A stretch of DNA of 64,000 bases from Candidatus Heimdallarchaeota archaeon. Lineage in GTDB: Archaea; Asgardarchaeota; Heimdallarchaeia; Heimdallarchaeales; Heimdallarchaeaceae. Positions 39,610 to 49,818 of the stretch are shown here, piece by piece. The stretch is from contig JAEOSZ010000099.1 of the NCBI GenBank assembly GCA_016840095.1, positions 1-64,000 of the forward strand, in the 5' to 3' direction. Both the position numbers and the translations under genes were made by a program. Below the pieces are notes generated by a model. The model did not search any database and was not told the DNA's origin. It was given only the letters and a program-made list of their open reading frames with translations. The first letter of the stretch is position 1; each line of letters starts with the position of its first letter.

Positions 39610-40647
39610 ATGGGTGTCAAAAAAATTAGTGAACTTTTTCAGGGAACACCAATTGAATTGGAACAATTAAGACAGAAGAAACTAGCAGTTGATGCATATA
39701 ACATAATTTACCAATTTCTAGCTTCAATTCGTGGATATGATGGGGGGTTATTAACAGATTCTGAAGGTGTAGTGACCAGCCATTTATCCGGATTATTATA
39801 TAGAAATGCAAGACTGATTGAAAAAGGGATTCAGCTAGTTTATGTTTTTGATGGTGCTCCATCAAAATTGAAGAGAGAAGAAATTCAACGAAGAGCTCAA
39901 GTTAAAGAGAAAGCTAGGGTTGAATATGAAGATGCTCTAGAACGAGGGGATATGGAGAGAGCTCGTACAGTTGCTCAACGAACTAGTAAACTAACAAAAC
40001 CAATGGTTGAAGATAGTAAAAAACTTCTTTCTTTAATGGGGATACCTATTATTGAAGCTCCACAAGAAGGTGAATCACAAGCCGCACATTTAGTAAGAAC
40101 AAACAAAGTTTATGCAGTTGCATCTCAAGATTATGACAGTTTGCTTTTTGGATCTCCATTACTTGTAAGAAATCTAACACTTTCTGGACGAAGAAAACTT
40201 CCTAGATCTAATAGATTTACAACAATAAATGTTGAACTTTATAATCAGAGGGATTTACTTCAAGCTCTTGAGATAACACGAGAACAATTGATTGATTTAT
40301 CAATACTAATTGGTACAGATTTCAACCCTGATGGTGTTAAAGGAGTTGGACCTAAAACAGCTTATAAGTACATTAAATTGCATGGTAATTTAGAAACAGT
40401 GCTAGAAAAAGAAACTAAAATCGAACTTCATGCAGATTATGAAGCAATTAGAGAAATATTCCTTAATCCTCCACTTGTTGAAGATGTCAATTTAAAATTC
40501 AAATCAGTAGATGTTGAAGGAACAGTTAACTTTCTATGTGAAGAAAGAGGATTTGCAAAAGAACGTGTAATAAGTACTATACAACGAGCTAAAAAAGGGC
40601 AGGAAACTGCTATGAAACAGAAAAGTCTTGATGCATTCTTTGGATAG
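39610..40647 (+). CDS. fen: Flap endonuclease-1
   Basis: MGV, DAYNIIYQFL, TSHLSG, EGESQAA, SQDYD, GTDFN, C-terminal PIP box QKSLDAFF. Confidence 0.97.
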   Translation: MGVKKISELFQGTPIELEQLRQKKLAVDAYNIIYQFLASIRGYDGGLLTDSEGVVTSHLSGLLYRNARLIEKGIQLVYVFDGAPSKLKREEIQRRAQVKEKARVEYEDALERGDMERARTVAQRTSKLTKPMVEDSKKLLSLMGIPIIEAPQEGESQAAHLVRTNKVYAVASQDYDSLLFGSPLLVRNLTLSGRRKLPRSNRFTTINVELYNQRDLLQALEITREQLIDLSILIGTDFNPDGVKGVGPKTAYKYIKLHGNLETVLEKETKIELHADYEAIREIFLNPPLVEDVNLKFKSVDVEGTVNFLCEERGFAKERVISTIQRAKKGQETAMKQKSLDAFFG

Positions 40648-40655
40648 TGATTAAT

Positions 40656-41912
40656 ATGTCTTCCAGATACTCCATTTTTGTAAAATTAGGTTCTAACAGA
40701 GATTTATCTAAATTAGAACTATCTGTTTTGTTGAAGAAAATTGGTTTAGAAGACATTACTTTCACTGAGTGGATGGATTATATTTTTTTAAAATTAAGCA
40801 GAAATTATTTCACTAAATTCTTTAAGCTACTTGATAATACTGGAAGCATTATCAAAGCTGGGTATCTCAATTCTGAAGTAAATGTTGAAAAAGAAGTTGA
40901 GTGGAAAAATAAAGTTAAGGATCATCTAGTTAAGAATATAGATAAGCATTCATCTGACAAAATCAAACAGTTGAAAATAGCCTTGGATGTACAAGCAAAA
41001 AACCTTGACTTGCGTAATAACATTGTTACTTCTATAAGAAAGATAATTACAGATTATACTAATGATATGAAGATACAAGCAAAGATTTTAGGAATAAAAA
41101 AAACCTATTCTCAGTTATCTCCATATCAGTTTTACAAAGAGAATCTTCATCGGAGAGGTTTTGAGATTACCAGTTTTGTTGTAAAATCCAAAATCATCTT
41201 TGGTGTTACTAATTGGGTTACCAATCCCTTGTTAGACATTAAACAAGATGAGGGGCGACAAAGTAGACTATTCACACATGGAACATCTATCAAATTAGCT
41301 CGGACACTAATCTTTCTCTCTGGAGTTTCCAGTGATGGATTGGTGTTAGATCCTTTTTGTGGAACTGGCACAATATTAATTGAAGCACTTAAACAAAAAA
41401 TGCAAACCATTGGTGTGGATAAAGATCCAAAATGTTTCCGAATTTCTAAAGAAAATCTCAATGCTTTTAGTTTAAAATATCCAGCCAAAGCCAAAATGAA
41501 AGATAAGTGGACTGTCTATAGTCAAGATTCAAGCGATTTAGTAAAAATTCTTAAAAGTAAAAATCTTGATGCCATTGTAACAGAACCATATCTTGGTCCA
41601 TTTTTGAAGGATTTACCTTTGACGGAAGAAGCAGGTGAGATTATGAAATCTCTTGAAAAGCTTTACATCAATGTTTTACGAGAGGGATCCAAATTTCTGA
41701 AAGACAATGGTAAAATTGTATTCATACTTCCAGTCTACAAATACCCAAATGGACTTGAAATGAAACCGAATGTAGAAAGAATTGCCAGTCAATGTTCATT
41801 ACATGTTCAAGAAAGAAGTAAATTTTTCCACATCTCATTACCAGTGCAAATAGGCAGAAAACATAATGTCATAAATAGATGTCTGATTATTTTCACAAAC
41901 CAATTAGAATAA
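40656..41912 (+). CDS. Trm11/TrmG10-like SAM-dependent RNA methyltransferase
   Basis: KLARTLI, LDPFCGTGTIL, IVTEPYLGP; THUMP-like N-terminus. Confidence 0.75.
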   Translation: MSSRYSIFVKLGSNRDLSKLELSVLLKKIGLEDITFTEWMDYIFLKLSRNYFTKFFKLLDNTGSIIKAGYLNSEVNVEKEVEWKNKVKDHLVKNIDKHSSDKIKQLKIALDVQAKNLDLRNNIVTSIRKIITDYTNDMKIQAKILGIKKTYSQLSPYQFYKENLHRRGFEITSFVVKSKIIFGVTNWVTNPLLDIKQDEGRQSRLFTHGTSIKLARTLIFLSGVSSDGLVLDPFCGTGTILIEALKQKMQTIGVDKDPKCFRISKENLNAFSLKYPAKAKMKDKWTVYSQDSSDLVKILKSKNLDAIVTEPYLGPFLKDLPLTEEAGEIMKSLEKLYINVLREGSKFLKDNGKIVFILPVYKYPNGLEMKPNVERIASQCSLHVQERSKFFHISLPVQIGRKHNVINRCLIIFTNQLE

Positions 41913-41943
41913 GCAAGATGAGTTGGTTACAGGTTTTATGATA

Positions 41944-42210
41944 CTAGTCCTCACCAACAGCTAAAAAGTCCATGTCTTTAGTCATTCTTTGAATTCGACG
42001 TTTGGTTTTTGAAATCCATCCAACATGGATTAATCCTTGATTCTCAAGAGTCATTAAAGCTTTGTTAAGTTCAGTATCTGAATAATCTCCGTACATATCT
42101 TTGAGTGGATTTTCTAAATCACTTTCTAGAATTACTCCTCCTCTTTTCTCTAGTATAGCTAAAACACATGATTTGAGGGGTGTTACTTTCCACATACCGT
42201 CTTGGCTCAT
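41944..42210 (-). CDS. Small winged-helix protein
   Basis: ELNKALMTLENQGLIHV...KRRI; ATG 42210 lies about 24 nt below a TTTAAA box (probably leaderless). Confidence 0.8.
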   Translation of the reverse strand: MSQDGMWKVTPLKSCVLAILEKRGGVILESDLENPLKDMYGDYSDTELNKALMTLENQGLIHVGWISKTKRRIQRMTKDMDFLAVGED

Positions 42211-42371
42211 GAAATACATTTCATATATCCGTTTAAATGCCTTGTGTTTGAGAAAAAAACTGTTCTTAAAAGGTCTTCTCAAGAGTTTGAATGCCCTTCT
42301 GAACAGTTAAACAAAGACTCCACGCAAAGCAAAATTTTTAATAGGTGTAATTTTTGACGTCTTCAGTCATC

Positions 42372-42554
42372 ATGAATGCAAGAAATAGGATATACCTGAT
42401 ATTCTTTTTGGCAATAGGAATCATCTTTCTAATTATAGCTATTGTACAAAGTCAAATTCAATTATACGATCAAATCAGTTCATTTACCGATTTCGTAATG
42501 AAAGATTTCTTGAGTACATATGTAACTGGTTTTCCAAACCCAATAACAGGCTAA
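42372..42554 (+). CDS. Small single-TM protein preceding the 4Fe-4S membrane protein
   Basis: One TM helix; short gap with GGTGA RBS to the next gene. Confidence 0.6.
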   Translation: MNARNRIYLIFFLAIGIIFLIIAIVQSQIQLYDQISSFTDFVMKDFLSTYVTGFPNPITG

Positions 42555-42568
42555 AATAGGTGATCAAT

Positions 42569-43492
42569 ATGGCTACTAAACAAATAAAACCAATACTCTC
42601 AACAATACTCAGACCTATCCAGAATCATAGAATAAGAATTATAAGATTTATTGTACAATTTATAATGTTTGGTCTTCTTAATGGTTTAATCTTCGGATTA
42701 GCAAGATCACAAATTGTTCTTCCTATAGCTTTTCCAACAGGAGGACCATTCTCAACAGTATGGAATGCTTTTGAAGCTTTACAATTTGCTCTTACTACAT
42801 GGATATTTCCATATTTAGCATTGTCAGTGTTCATGCTTTTTGGATCGATTTTAGGAAAAACCACTTGTGGATGGGTATGTCCATTTGGTCTCTTTCAGGA
42901 TCTATTTAGATTAATTCCTATAAAGAAAAAGAAAGTATCTCGTCCAACTAATAAAAGTTTGAGCAGAATAGGAACTGCAATACTTATCTTCATCTTGATA
43001 ATGTCATTCGTAATAGGTATTACTTTCTTTAATAGTGGTACAAAAACAACCTTTGGGGCAGGCAAAGATATGCCTTATAGTACCATAGATCCAGCTTCAA
43101 CACTTTTTGCAACATTATATTATTATCTTCAATGGGGAATGCAAGAGGCTTCTTTTGGGGCTGAAATAGGCCAATGGAAATTTCTCTTCTTCTTACGAAT
43201 AATAATCTTCATTGTTGTTCTTGTATTAATTACATTATATCCAAGAGCATATTGTAGATGGATCTGTCCAACTGGAGTTCTTTTAGGATTCTTCAGTCGA
43301 TTTAGTATATTTGGTCTGAGAGTTAATAAGAACAGATGTACTAGTGGGTGTGATAGCTGTGAAAAGTCATGTCCAGTACAAGTGCCGATTCTGACGTATG
43401 ATAAAGAAGTAACGGACAAGATGTGCATAAATTGTGGTGAATGTATTGATGCATGTAAAGAAGGTGCATTAAAACTAACAATCAGAATTTAG
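42569..43492 (+). CDS. NapH/MauN-like membrane polyferredoxin
   Basis: CGWVCPFG, YCRWICPTG and two ferredoxin-type Cys clusters. Confidence 0.9.
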   Translation: MATKQIKPILSTILRPIQNHRIRIIRFIVQFIMFGLLNGLIFGLARSQIVLPIAFPTGGPFSTVWNAFEALQFALTTWIFPYLALSVFMLFGSILGKTTCGWVCPFGLFQDLFRLIPIKKKKVSRPTNKSLSRIGTAILIFILIMSFVIGITFFNSGTKTTFGAGKDMPYSTIDPASTLFATLYYYLQWGMQEASFGAEIGQWKFLFFLRIIIFIVVLVLITLYPRAYCRWICPTGVLLGFFSRFSIFGLRVNKNRCTSGCDSCEKSCPVQVPILTYDKEVTDKMCINCGECIDACKEGALKLTIRI

Positions 43493-43672
43493 TTAATAAT
43501 ATATTTTACTTATCTCTTTTTACTTTATTTTTGCTTCAGTAAATGTTCTATAGATATATATAGTAAATTATCAATAATTTATTGTTAACTTGGGAAGAAA
43601 ACAAACCGTTATATAGTTACAATTAATCAAAAAAATAGATAAGAATAAAGACCCACAGTCTGAGGAATTAAA

Positions 43673-45859
43673 ATGGCTGATAAAGAAATTACCCTTAGGG
43701 TGGCTGAAGCTAAACAAAGAGATGTAGGAAGAGGTAAGGTCAGATTAGATAGTATGGCTATGTCTAAAATTGGTGTTTCTACTGGAGATATAGTAGAAAT
43801 TGTTGGAAAACGTTCAACAACTGCAGTAGCATGGCCTTCATATCCTGAAGATCTTAAGAAGGAGATAATTAGGTGCGATGGTGTTATCCGAAGAAATGCA
43901 GGAGTTTCTTTAGGTGACAAAGTTGTTGTCAAAAAGGCAAAAGTTAGTGTAGCAAGACAAGTAACCCTTGCTCCTGAACAAATGTCTGTCAATATAGATT
44001 TCAGCTTCGAAAATTTCGTTAAAAGAAAATTGTTAGGTCAACCATTATCAAGAAAAGATACCGTATTAATTCCAATTCTTGGCAGAGCAATACCCTTCAA
44101 TGTAGTTACTACAGTTCCATCTGGAATTGTTGTGGTAACAGAAGGTACTCAACTCAAAGTCGCAGAGAAGCCTTTAGTAGAGGGAGAAAAATCCGCTCCA
44201 AGTGTATCTTATGAAGATATAGGCGGACTTCACCAAGAAATTCAAAAAATACGAGAAATGGTAGAACTTCCACTTAAGTTTCCTCAGTTATTCGAAAAAC
44301 TAGGAATTGATCCTCCTAAAGGTGTGTTACTTCATGGACCTCCTGGTTGTGGTAAAACATTAATCGCAAGAGCCGTTGCCAATGAATCAGCTGCTCATTT
44401 TATTGTGATAAATGGACCAGAGATTATGTCCAAGTTTTATGGTGAATCAGAGCAACGTTTGAGAAGTATTTTCAAAGACGCAGAAGATAACTCTCCAAGT
44501 ATTGTTTTCATAGATGAGTTGGATGCAATAGCTCCAAAAAGAGAAGATGTTACTGGAGAAGTTGAACGAAGAGTTGTTGCTCAATTGTTAGCCTTAATGG
44601 ATGGTCTTGTGTCACGAGGACAAGTAATTGTTATTGGGGCAACCAATCGACCAAATGCTGTTGATCCTGCACTACGAAGACCTGGAAGATTTGATAGAGA
44701 AATAGAAATCCATGTTCCTGATAGAGATAGTAGAGAAGAGATTCTACTCATTCATACAAGAGGTATGCCATTGGCACAAGATGTTGAACTCAAAGCTCTA
44801 TCTGATGTAACTCATGGTTATGTAGGAGCTGATCTTGAAGCATTAAGCAGAGAAGCTGCTATGAAGACACTGAGACGAATCTTACCATCGGTTAATATGG
44901 ATGAAGAGAGTATACCAGCTGATGTTTTAGATCAACTTGAAGTAACACATGAAGATTTTCTATTAGCATTCAAGGAGATTACACCAACAGCAGTAAGAGA
45001 AGTTTTCATTGAATCTCCAGATATCCCGTGGGAAGAAGTAGGAGGATTAAAAAGTGTTATAGAAGAGATTAGGGAAGCTATAGAGTGGCCGTTAACAATG
45101 CCTGAAGCTTTTAAGAAAGTAGGAATAAAACCTCCTCGAGGAATACTACTTTATGGACCTCCTGGTTGTGGTAAGACACTTCTTGCAAAAGCTGTAGCAA
45201 CTGAATCTGAAGCAAATTTCATTTCAGTCAAAGGACCAGAAATTCTTTCAAAATGGGTAGGAGAAAGTGAGAAAGCAATAAGAGAAGTATTCAGAAAGGC
45301 TCGATTAGCAGCACCTTCAATTGTCTTTTTCGATGAAATTGATTCACTAACTCCGATACGTGGAATGTCTTCTGATAGTAATGTAACAGAACGTGTCATC
45401 AGTCAACTTCTAACAGAATTGGATGGATTGATAGAACTAAAAGATATTGTAATTCTAGCAGCAACAAACAGACCAGATATCGTAGATCCAGCTTTAGTTC
45501 GTCCAGGACGTTTTGATAGGTTGATTTACGTAAGCCCACCAAATCAGAAAGGAAGGTTAGAGATATTCAAGATTTACACAAAGGAGATGCCACTTGATTC
45601 ATCAGTATCCCTTAAGGATCTATCGTCTTCTACTGAAGGTTTCGTTGGCAGTGATATTGAAGCTTTATGTAGAGAAGCAGGAATGTTAGCTTTAAGAGAA
45701 TCATTTGATATTGAAGCTGTTAGAATGGATCATTTCAATGCAGCCCTTGAAAAGATACATCCAACTTGTACTACAGATGTTTTAAAATATTATGACAAAA
45801 TTGAAGAGAAGTTCAAGAAACCAAGTCAAGTTACTAGCCCAAAAGTAGGTTACACATAA
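43673..45859 (+). CDS. cdc48: Cdc48/p97/VAT AAA+ ATPase
   Basis: N-domain plus two AAA modules (GPPGCGKT twice, IDELD/FDEID, RPGRFDR twice); C-terminus VGYT. Confidence 0.97.
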   Translation: MADKEITLRVAEAKQRDVGRGKVRLDSMAMSKIGVSTGDIVEIVGKRSTTAVAWPSYPEDLKKEIIRCDGVIRRNAGVSLGDKVVVKKAKVSVARQVTLAPEQMSVNIDFSFENFVKRKLLGQPLSRKDTVLIPILGRAIPFNVVTTVPSGIVVVTEGTQLKVAEKPLVEGEKSAPSVSYEDIGGLHQEIQKIREMVELPLKFPQLFEKLGIDPPKGVLLHGPPGCGKTLIARAVANESAAHFIVINGPEIMSKFYGESEQRLRSIFKDAEDNSPSIVFIDELDAIAPKREDVTGEVERRVVAQLLALMDGLVSRGQVIVIGATNRPNAVDPALRRPGRFDREIEIHVPDRDSREEILLIHTRGMPLAQDVELKALSDVTHGYVGADLEALSREAAMKTLRRILPSVNMDEESIPADVLDQLEVTHEDFLLAFKEITPTAVREVFIESPDIPWEEVGGLKSVIEEIREAIEWPLTMPEAFKKVGIKPPRGILLYGPPGCGKTLLAKAVATESEANFISVKGPEILSKWVGESEKAIREVFRKARLAAPSIVFFDEIDSLTPIRGMSSDSNVTERVISQLLTELDGLIELKDIVILAATNRPDIVDPALVRPGRFDRLIYVSPPNQKGRLEIFKIYTKEMPLDSSVSLKDLSSSTEGFVGSDIEALCREAGMLALRESFDIEAVRMDHFNAALEKIHPTCTTDVLKYYDKIEEKFKKPSQVTSPKVGYT

Positions 45860-45973
45860 GATTCTTATTTTCAATATTTTTTGTTTAAGTTTCTTCTTCT
45901 TTGACTAGTTGAGATATTAAACAAATTCTTAAAAATAATGGTACGGAAGTGAAAATAGAAAGGTTGTTTTCAC

Positions 45974-46825
45974 TTGATGGGGTTCTATATTATTAACAAA
46001 GAAAAGATGGAAATCTTATTTTGTAGACCACTTTCTGTTAAAGCAGATGAAGCAGAAGTAGATTCTATAGTTAAGACTTTGTTAGATTTTTATATACAAT
46101 CTGATGAACAACCTTTGTTAAAGGATTTACAAGTACTGCGATTTGCAAAATCAAAAGTAGTTTTCATGAGTAAGTATTCATTCTTGTTCATTCTTCTAAG
46201 CCCCCAAAATTACTCAACTGAAATGATTTCTTCACAACTTTTCTTCTTCATGAAACTTTTCTTAAATGCTTTTGAAATAAAAGATGAAAAGAGTGCTAAT
46301 GAGTTTTTACATGAACTTGAAGGAATAAAGAGAAGGGAAATTTCTGAATCATTATCACATTCATTTATGTTATGGAATGTTCTGGATTTACATGTAGAAG
46401 ATATTGACAAAAGGAATTTAATTGAAGTCTTTGAAAATATTTTGAACTCTCTTTGGCTTGGGATTAGGTTATACCATGTAGAAAATGAATCAAAACTGCC
46501 AGCAGATTATCTACAAGAAATTAAGAATGCTACGAATAATTATCTAGAGAAGAACTCATATCTAATTAAAGAGAAATTTACTTTAGAAGAGGATGAAGGT
46601 TTCAGTTTCTGTGATATTGATATTCAGAGAGGAACAACAGTTGAGATTAAAAGAGAATTCATGTTGCTGTTAAAGGAAATAGTAGATCTTATTGATGATA
46701 AAATCGGAACAAAGGATCTTAGGCAGATTTTATCATCAAAAACACCGTCTACAGTAAAGGTTGAATGGGAAAGAATGATGGGTTTAGGAATACTACAAGA
46801 TGTACTAAATATCGTTTGGAGGTAA
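45974..46825 (+). CDS. Longin-like domain protein with helical C-terminal domain
   Basis: GFYIINKEKMEILFCR strand pair, helix, KVVFMSKYSFLFILLS strands, helix; coupled to the Rab-like gene. Confidence 0.6.
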   Translation: MMGFYIINKEKMEILFCRPLSVKADEAEVDSIVKTLLDFYIQSDEQPLLKDLQVLRFAKSKVVFMSKYSFLFILLSPQNYSTEMISSQLFFFMKLFLNAFEIKDEKSANEFLHELEGIKRREISESLSHSFMLWNVLDLHVEDIDKRNLIEVFENILNSLWLGIRLYHVENESKLPADYLQEIKNATNNYLEKNSYLIKEKFTLEEDEGFSFCDIDIQRGTTVEIKREFMLLLKEIVDLIDDKIGTKDLRQILSSKTPSTVKVEWERMMGLGILQDVLNIVWR

Positions 46826-46829
46826 GAGA

Positions 46830-47417
46830 ATGAATCAGTTACAAAAAATAATATGCGTTGGTTCTGCTTTTGTTGGAAAAACATCACTAGCTAGAAGATT
46901 TACATTAAACACTTTTATTCACAGTTATATTCCTACTTTAGGAGTAAGCTGGCTAACAAAAACAATTACCTTAACTCCAGAACAACTAAACGAAAATTTA
47001 ACCAAGGAAATTTATAGTGATCCATTAACAATAAGATTGAGTCTTTGGGATACAGGAGGGCAGGAGATGTTTACCTACCTTCGTCCTAAATATTATGCAG
47101 GTGCCACTTGTGCAGTTATTGTCTATGATATTACTAATCAGAGTTCATTTGATGATTTAGAAATCTGGGTGAATGAAGTTGTTTCGAAATGTCCTGATAT
47201 CCCAATCATTATTTGTGGAAACAAATTTGACTTAAATGAAGCCAGAGCTTTAGATAAAAATACAATTCTAGAATATACTCGGTTGCATAAATTTGATTAT
47301 GTAGAAACATCAGCTCTTTCAGGTTTCAATGTTGATAAGATATTTTATCATGCAAGCAGGTTATCTCATCAATTTGGAGATGAAATGCTAAAATTCAGAA
47401 AAGAATTTTCTCTCTAA
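46830..47417 (+). CDS. Rab-like small GTPase
   Basis: GSAFVGKTS, YIPTLGV, WDTGGQE, YYAGA, VYDIT, GNKFD, ETSA. Confidence 0.93.
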   Translation: MNQLQKIICVGSAFVGKTSLARRFTLNTFIHSYIPTLGVSWLTKTITLTPEQLNENLTKEIYSDPLTIRLSLWDTGGQEMFTYLRPKYYAGATCAVIVYDITNQSSFDDLEIWVNEVVSKCPDIPIIICGNKFDLNEARALDKNTILEYTRLHKFDYVETSALSGFNVDKIFYHASRLSHQFGDEMLKFRKEFSL

Positions 47418-47489
47418 TTAGTTTGTTTCTCTCTATATTTTTCAGTAATAAAACACAAGGTTTATCATTTTTAGTAAGAACTATTTCTC

Positions 47490-48650
47490 ATGAGTGACGA
47501 AGATTCTTCTATTATAACAGAATATGTTTCTGTTGATTGTAATGAGCCCTTATCGAAAGTTGCGTCTATGTTTAAAGAAAAAACCAGAGAAATATTGGTT
47601 TTTGAAGACAAAGATGTATTTCTTGGCTATTTAACAAAGAGACATGTTACACATCAATCAAAAGTTCTTCCTGAAACTAAAGTATCTACTTTGATTAAGT
47701 TAGTACCTACAGTAAAGAAAGACTCTCCTCCTGATGTGATTGCTAGAGCTATTCTATCTGAGAAAATTTTCTCTGTTCCTGTAGTAGATGATGGTAAGAT
47801 TATCGGAGTTATTCGAGATATTGATCTACTACGAGATTCTGAAAATGTATTTGGTAGCAAGAAAGTCAAAGAAGCAATGACTCAAAATCCTATTGTTGTT
47901 ACATCAGATGTATCTGTTGCTAAGTTCATTGCAATTTGCAGAACTAACAATATTTCAAGAACTCCTGTTGTTAATGAATCGAATGAATTAGTAGGTATAA
48001 TGAGTCCTCACGATACAACAGATCTGATATTATCAAGTTCTCCAGGACAAACAAAAGGAGATAGAAAAGAAAAACAAATTGATTTACTTTCTACAACTGT
48101 TGGGAAGCTTATGACTCAAGAGGTTGTAACATGTACTGAGAATGAGTTTCTAGTAGAAACATTAGTCAAACTTGATAAGGCTGATCATAAAGCATTAATT
48201 GTTGTTGATGAAGATAATCATCCTATTGGAATAATTACTACAACTGATTTACTTGAAGCAGTTTCCATGCCACCAGAGACTGAAGGGTATTATTTTAGGG
48301 TTCTTGGAGATGTTGATGATGCTGATATGGAATCAGTTATTGAAATGGGTGTAGAAGTTGTTAAGAAGTATGCTGATATCATTGGTACATCTGGTCAACT
48401 GTATATTCATGCAAAAGCAATACCCAAGAGAAAGTTCCGTGGTGACATTCTTTACCAAGTAAGAGTTAGAATCTCAACAAACAAAGGAAAAACCTATGTT
48501 TCCAGATCTGATGGTTATGGTGTTTTTGGAGCTCTAGCAGTTGCTCTGGACAGAATTGAAAGAGAAATTGTTTCTGAAAGAGAACTAGAAATACAGAGTC
48601 AGCAAACTGGAAGTGAAAGATACATTCTGGAAGAGATTGAAGAATTATAG
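47490..48650 (+). CDS. Four-CBS protein with C-terminal HPF/RaiA-like domain (Hib-type hibernation factor)
   Basis: Two CBS pairs, then a beta-alpha-beta-beta-beta-alpha segment ending ALAVALDRIEREI. Confidence 0.75.
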   Translation: MSDEDSSIITEYVSVDCNEPLSKVASMFKEKTREILVFEDKDVFLGYLTKRHVTHQSKVLPETKVSTLIKLVPTVKKDSPPDVIARAILSEKIFSVPVVDDGKIIGVIRDIDLLRDSENVFGSKKVKEAMTQNPIVVTSDVSVAKFIAICRTNNISRTPVVNESNELVGIMSPHDTTDLILSSSPGQTKGDRKEKQIDLLSTTVGKLMTQEVVTCTENEFLVETLVKLDKADHKALIVVDEDNHPIGIITTTDLLEAVSMPPETEGYYFRVLGDVDDADMESVIEMGVEVVKKYADIIGTSGQLYIHAKAIPKRKFRGDILYQVRVRISTNKGKTYVSRSDGYGVFGALAVALDRIEREIVSERELEIQSQQTGSERYILEEIEEL

Positions 48651-48735
48651 TTATTTTTCTTTTTTCTCGATTATTTTATTTTAACAATGCCCTACCGTTA
48701 CGCTTTTTTATGTTCTTTTTTGGTAGTGATTGACA

Positions 48736-49794
48736 ATGAGTGATTCACAACCAAAGAAGAAAAGAAAAGCAAATTTTGCTATGTTGAATAGAGAAGTAAT
48801 TAAACCTGGATATTGTGTATCTTGTGGAGGGTGCGAAGCGGTCTGTCCAGTGTATGTTATTTCAATTGAGCAACTTATTCCAAAACTAGTTGGAGGGTGT
48901 ATATCATGTGGAGCTTGTGTAGATATTTGTTTGCGATATAAGCAACGAAAAGAACAAACTACATATGATGAAACAAGTTTAGGAGAAATACTAGAAATTT
49001 ACAAAGGTCATTCGATATTTGAAGATGTTAGAGAAAAGGCACAGAATGGAGGTATAGTTACAACTCTGCTTCTAAATGCAATGAAAAAGGAAGATATTGA
49101 TGGTGCATTAGTAACTGGACACATTAATGATCTCTTAGGACCTATTCCTCGTTTGGCACTTAATGAACTTGATATTAAAAAATCTGCACGTTCAAAGTAT
49201 ACGCTTAATCCCTTACTTATCAAACTCACTTCGATAAAACTAAGTCTGAAAAATTCAGTTGCGGTGGTAGGATTGCCTTGTCATAATGAAACTCTAAAAA
49301 ATATCATTGATTTGAAAAACTTAGGTGCAGATCACAGAGTAAAATATAAAATTGGTCTCTTTTGTATGAGTAGCTATCATCCAAGAGATTTTAGAAACAT
49401 CCTTTCCCAAAACCTTGGTTTGGATGCTGAGGAATTGACTAAAACAGATTGTGCTCGTGGTAAGTTCTTCTTTGTAGCTCCAGATGGAACTACTGACATC
49501 AAAATAAAAGAATGTGCTGAAGCTAAAGCAGAAGGATGTAAATACTGTAAAGACTTTGCTGCTGAATTTGCTGATATATCTGTTGGCAATGTAGGTGTTG
49601 ATGACGATAGTAACCTAATTATCATTCGAACTCAATCTGGAAAAGAACTATTCGAGCTAGCTCTTCAAGAGAAAATTCTAGATGTTGAAAAGGTAGAGCA
49701 AGATAAATGGGAAGAAACTCTAGTCGCTGCTCTTAAGCTTTCTTCAGTCAAAAAGAGAACTACTAAAGCTTTGCCACCAATCGAAACTGATTAA
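48736..49794 (+). CDS. F420-binding FrhB/FpoF family protein with N-terminal 2x[4Fe-4S]
   Basis: CVSCGGCEAVCP, AQNGGIVT, VGLPCH, IGLFC, CKYCKDFAAEFADISVG. Confidence 0.92.
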   Translation: MSDSQPKKKRKANFAMLNREVIKPGYCVSCGGCEAVCPVYVISIEQLIPKLVGGCISCGACVDICLRYKQRKEQTTYDETSLGEILEIYKGHSIFEDVREKAQNGGIVTTLLLNAMKKEDIDGALVTGHINDLLGPIPRLALNELDIKKSARSKYTLNPLLIKLTSIKLSLKNSVAVVGLPCHNETLKNIIDLKNLGADHRVKYKIGLFCMSSYHPRDFRNILSQNLGLDAEELTKTDCARGKFFFVAPDGTTDIKIKECAEAKAEGCKYCKDFAAEFADISVGNVGVDDDSNLIIIRTQSGKELFELALQEKILDVEKVEQDKWEETLVAALKLSSVKKRTTKALPPIETD

Positions 49795-49818
49795 TCCCCA
49801 TTTACTCTATTTCAATAG

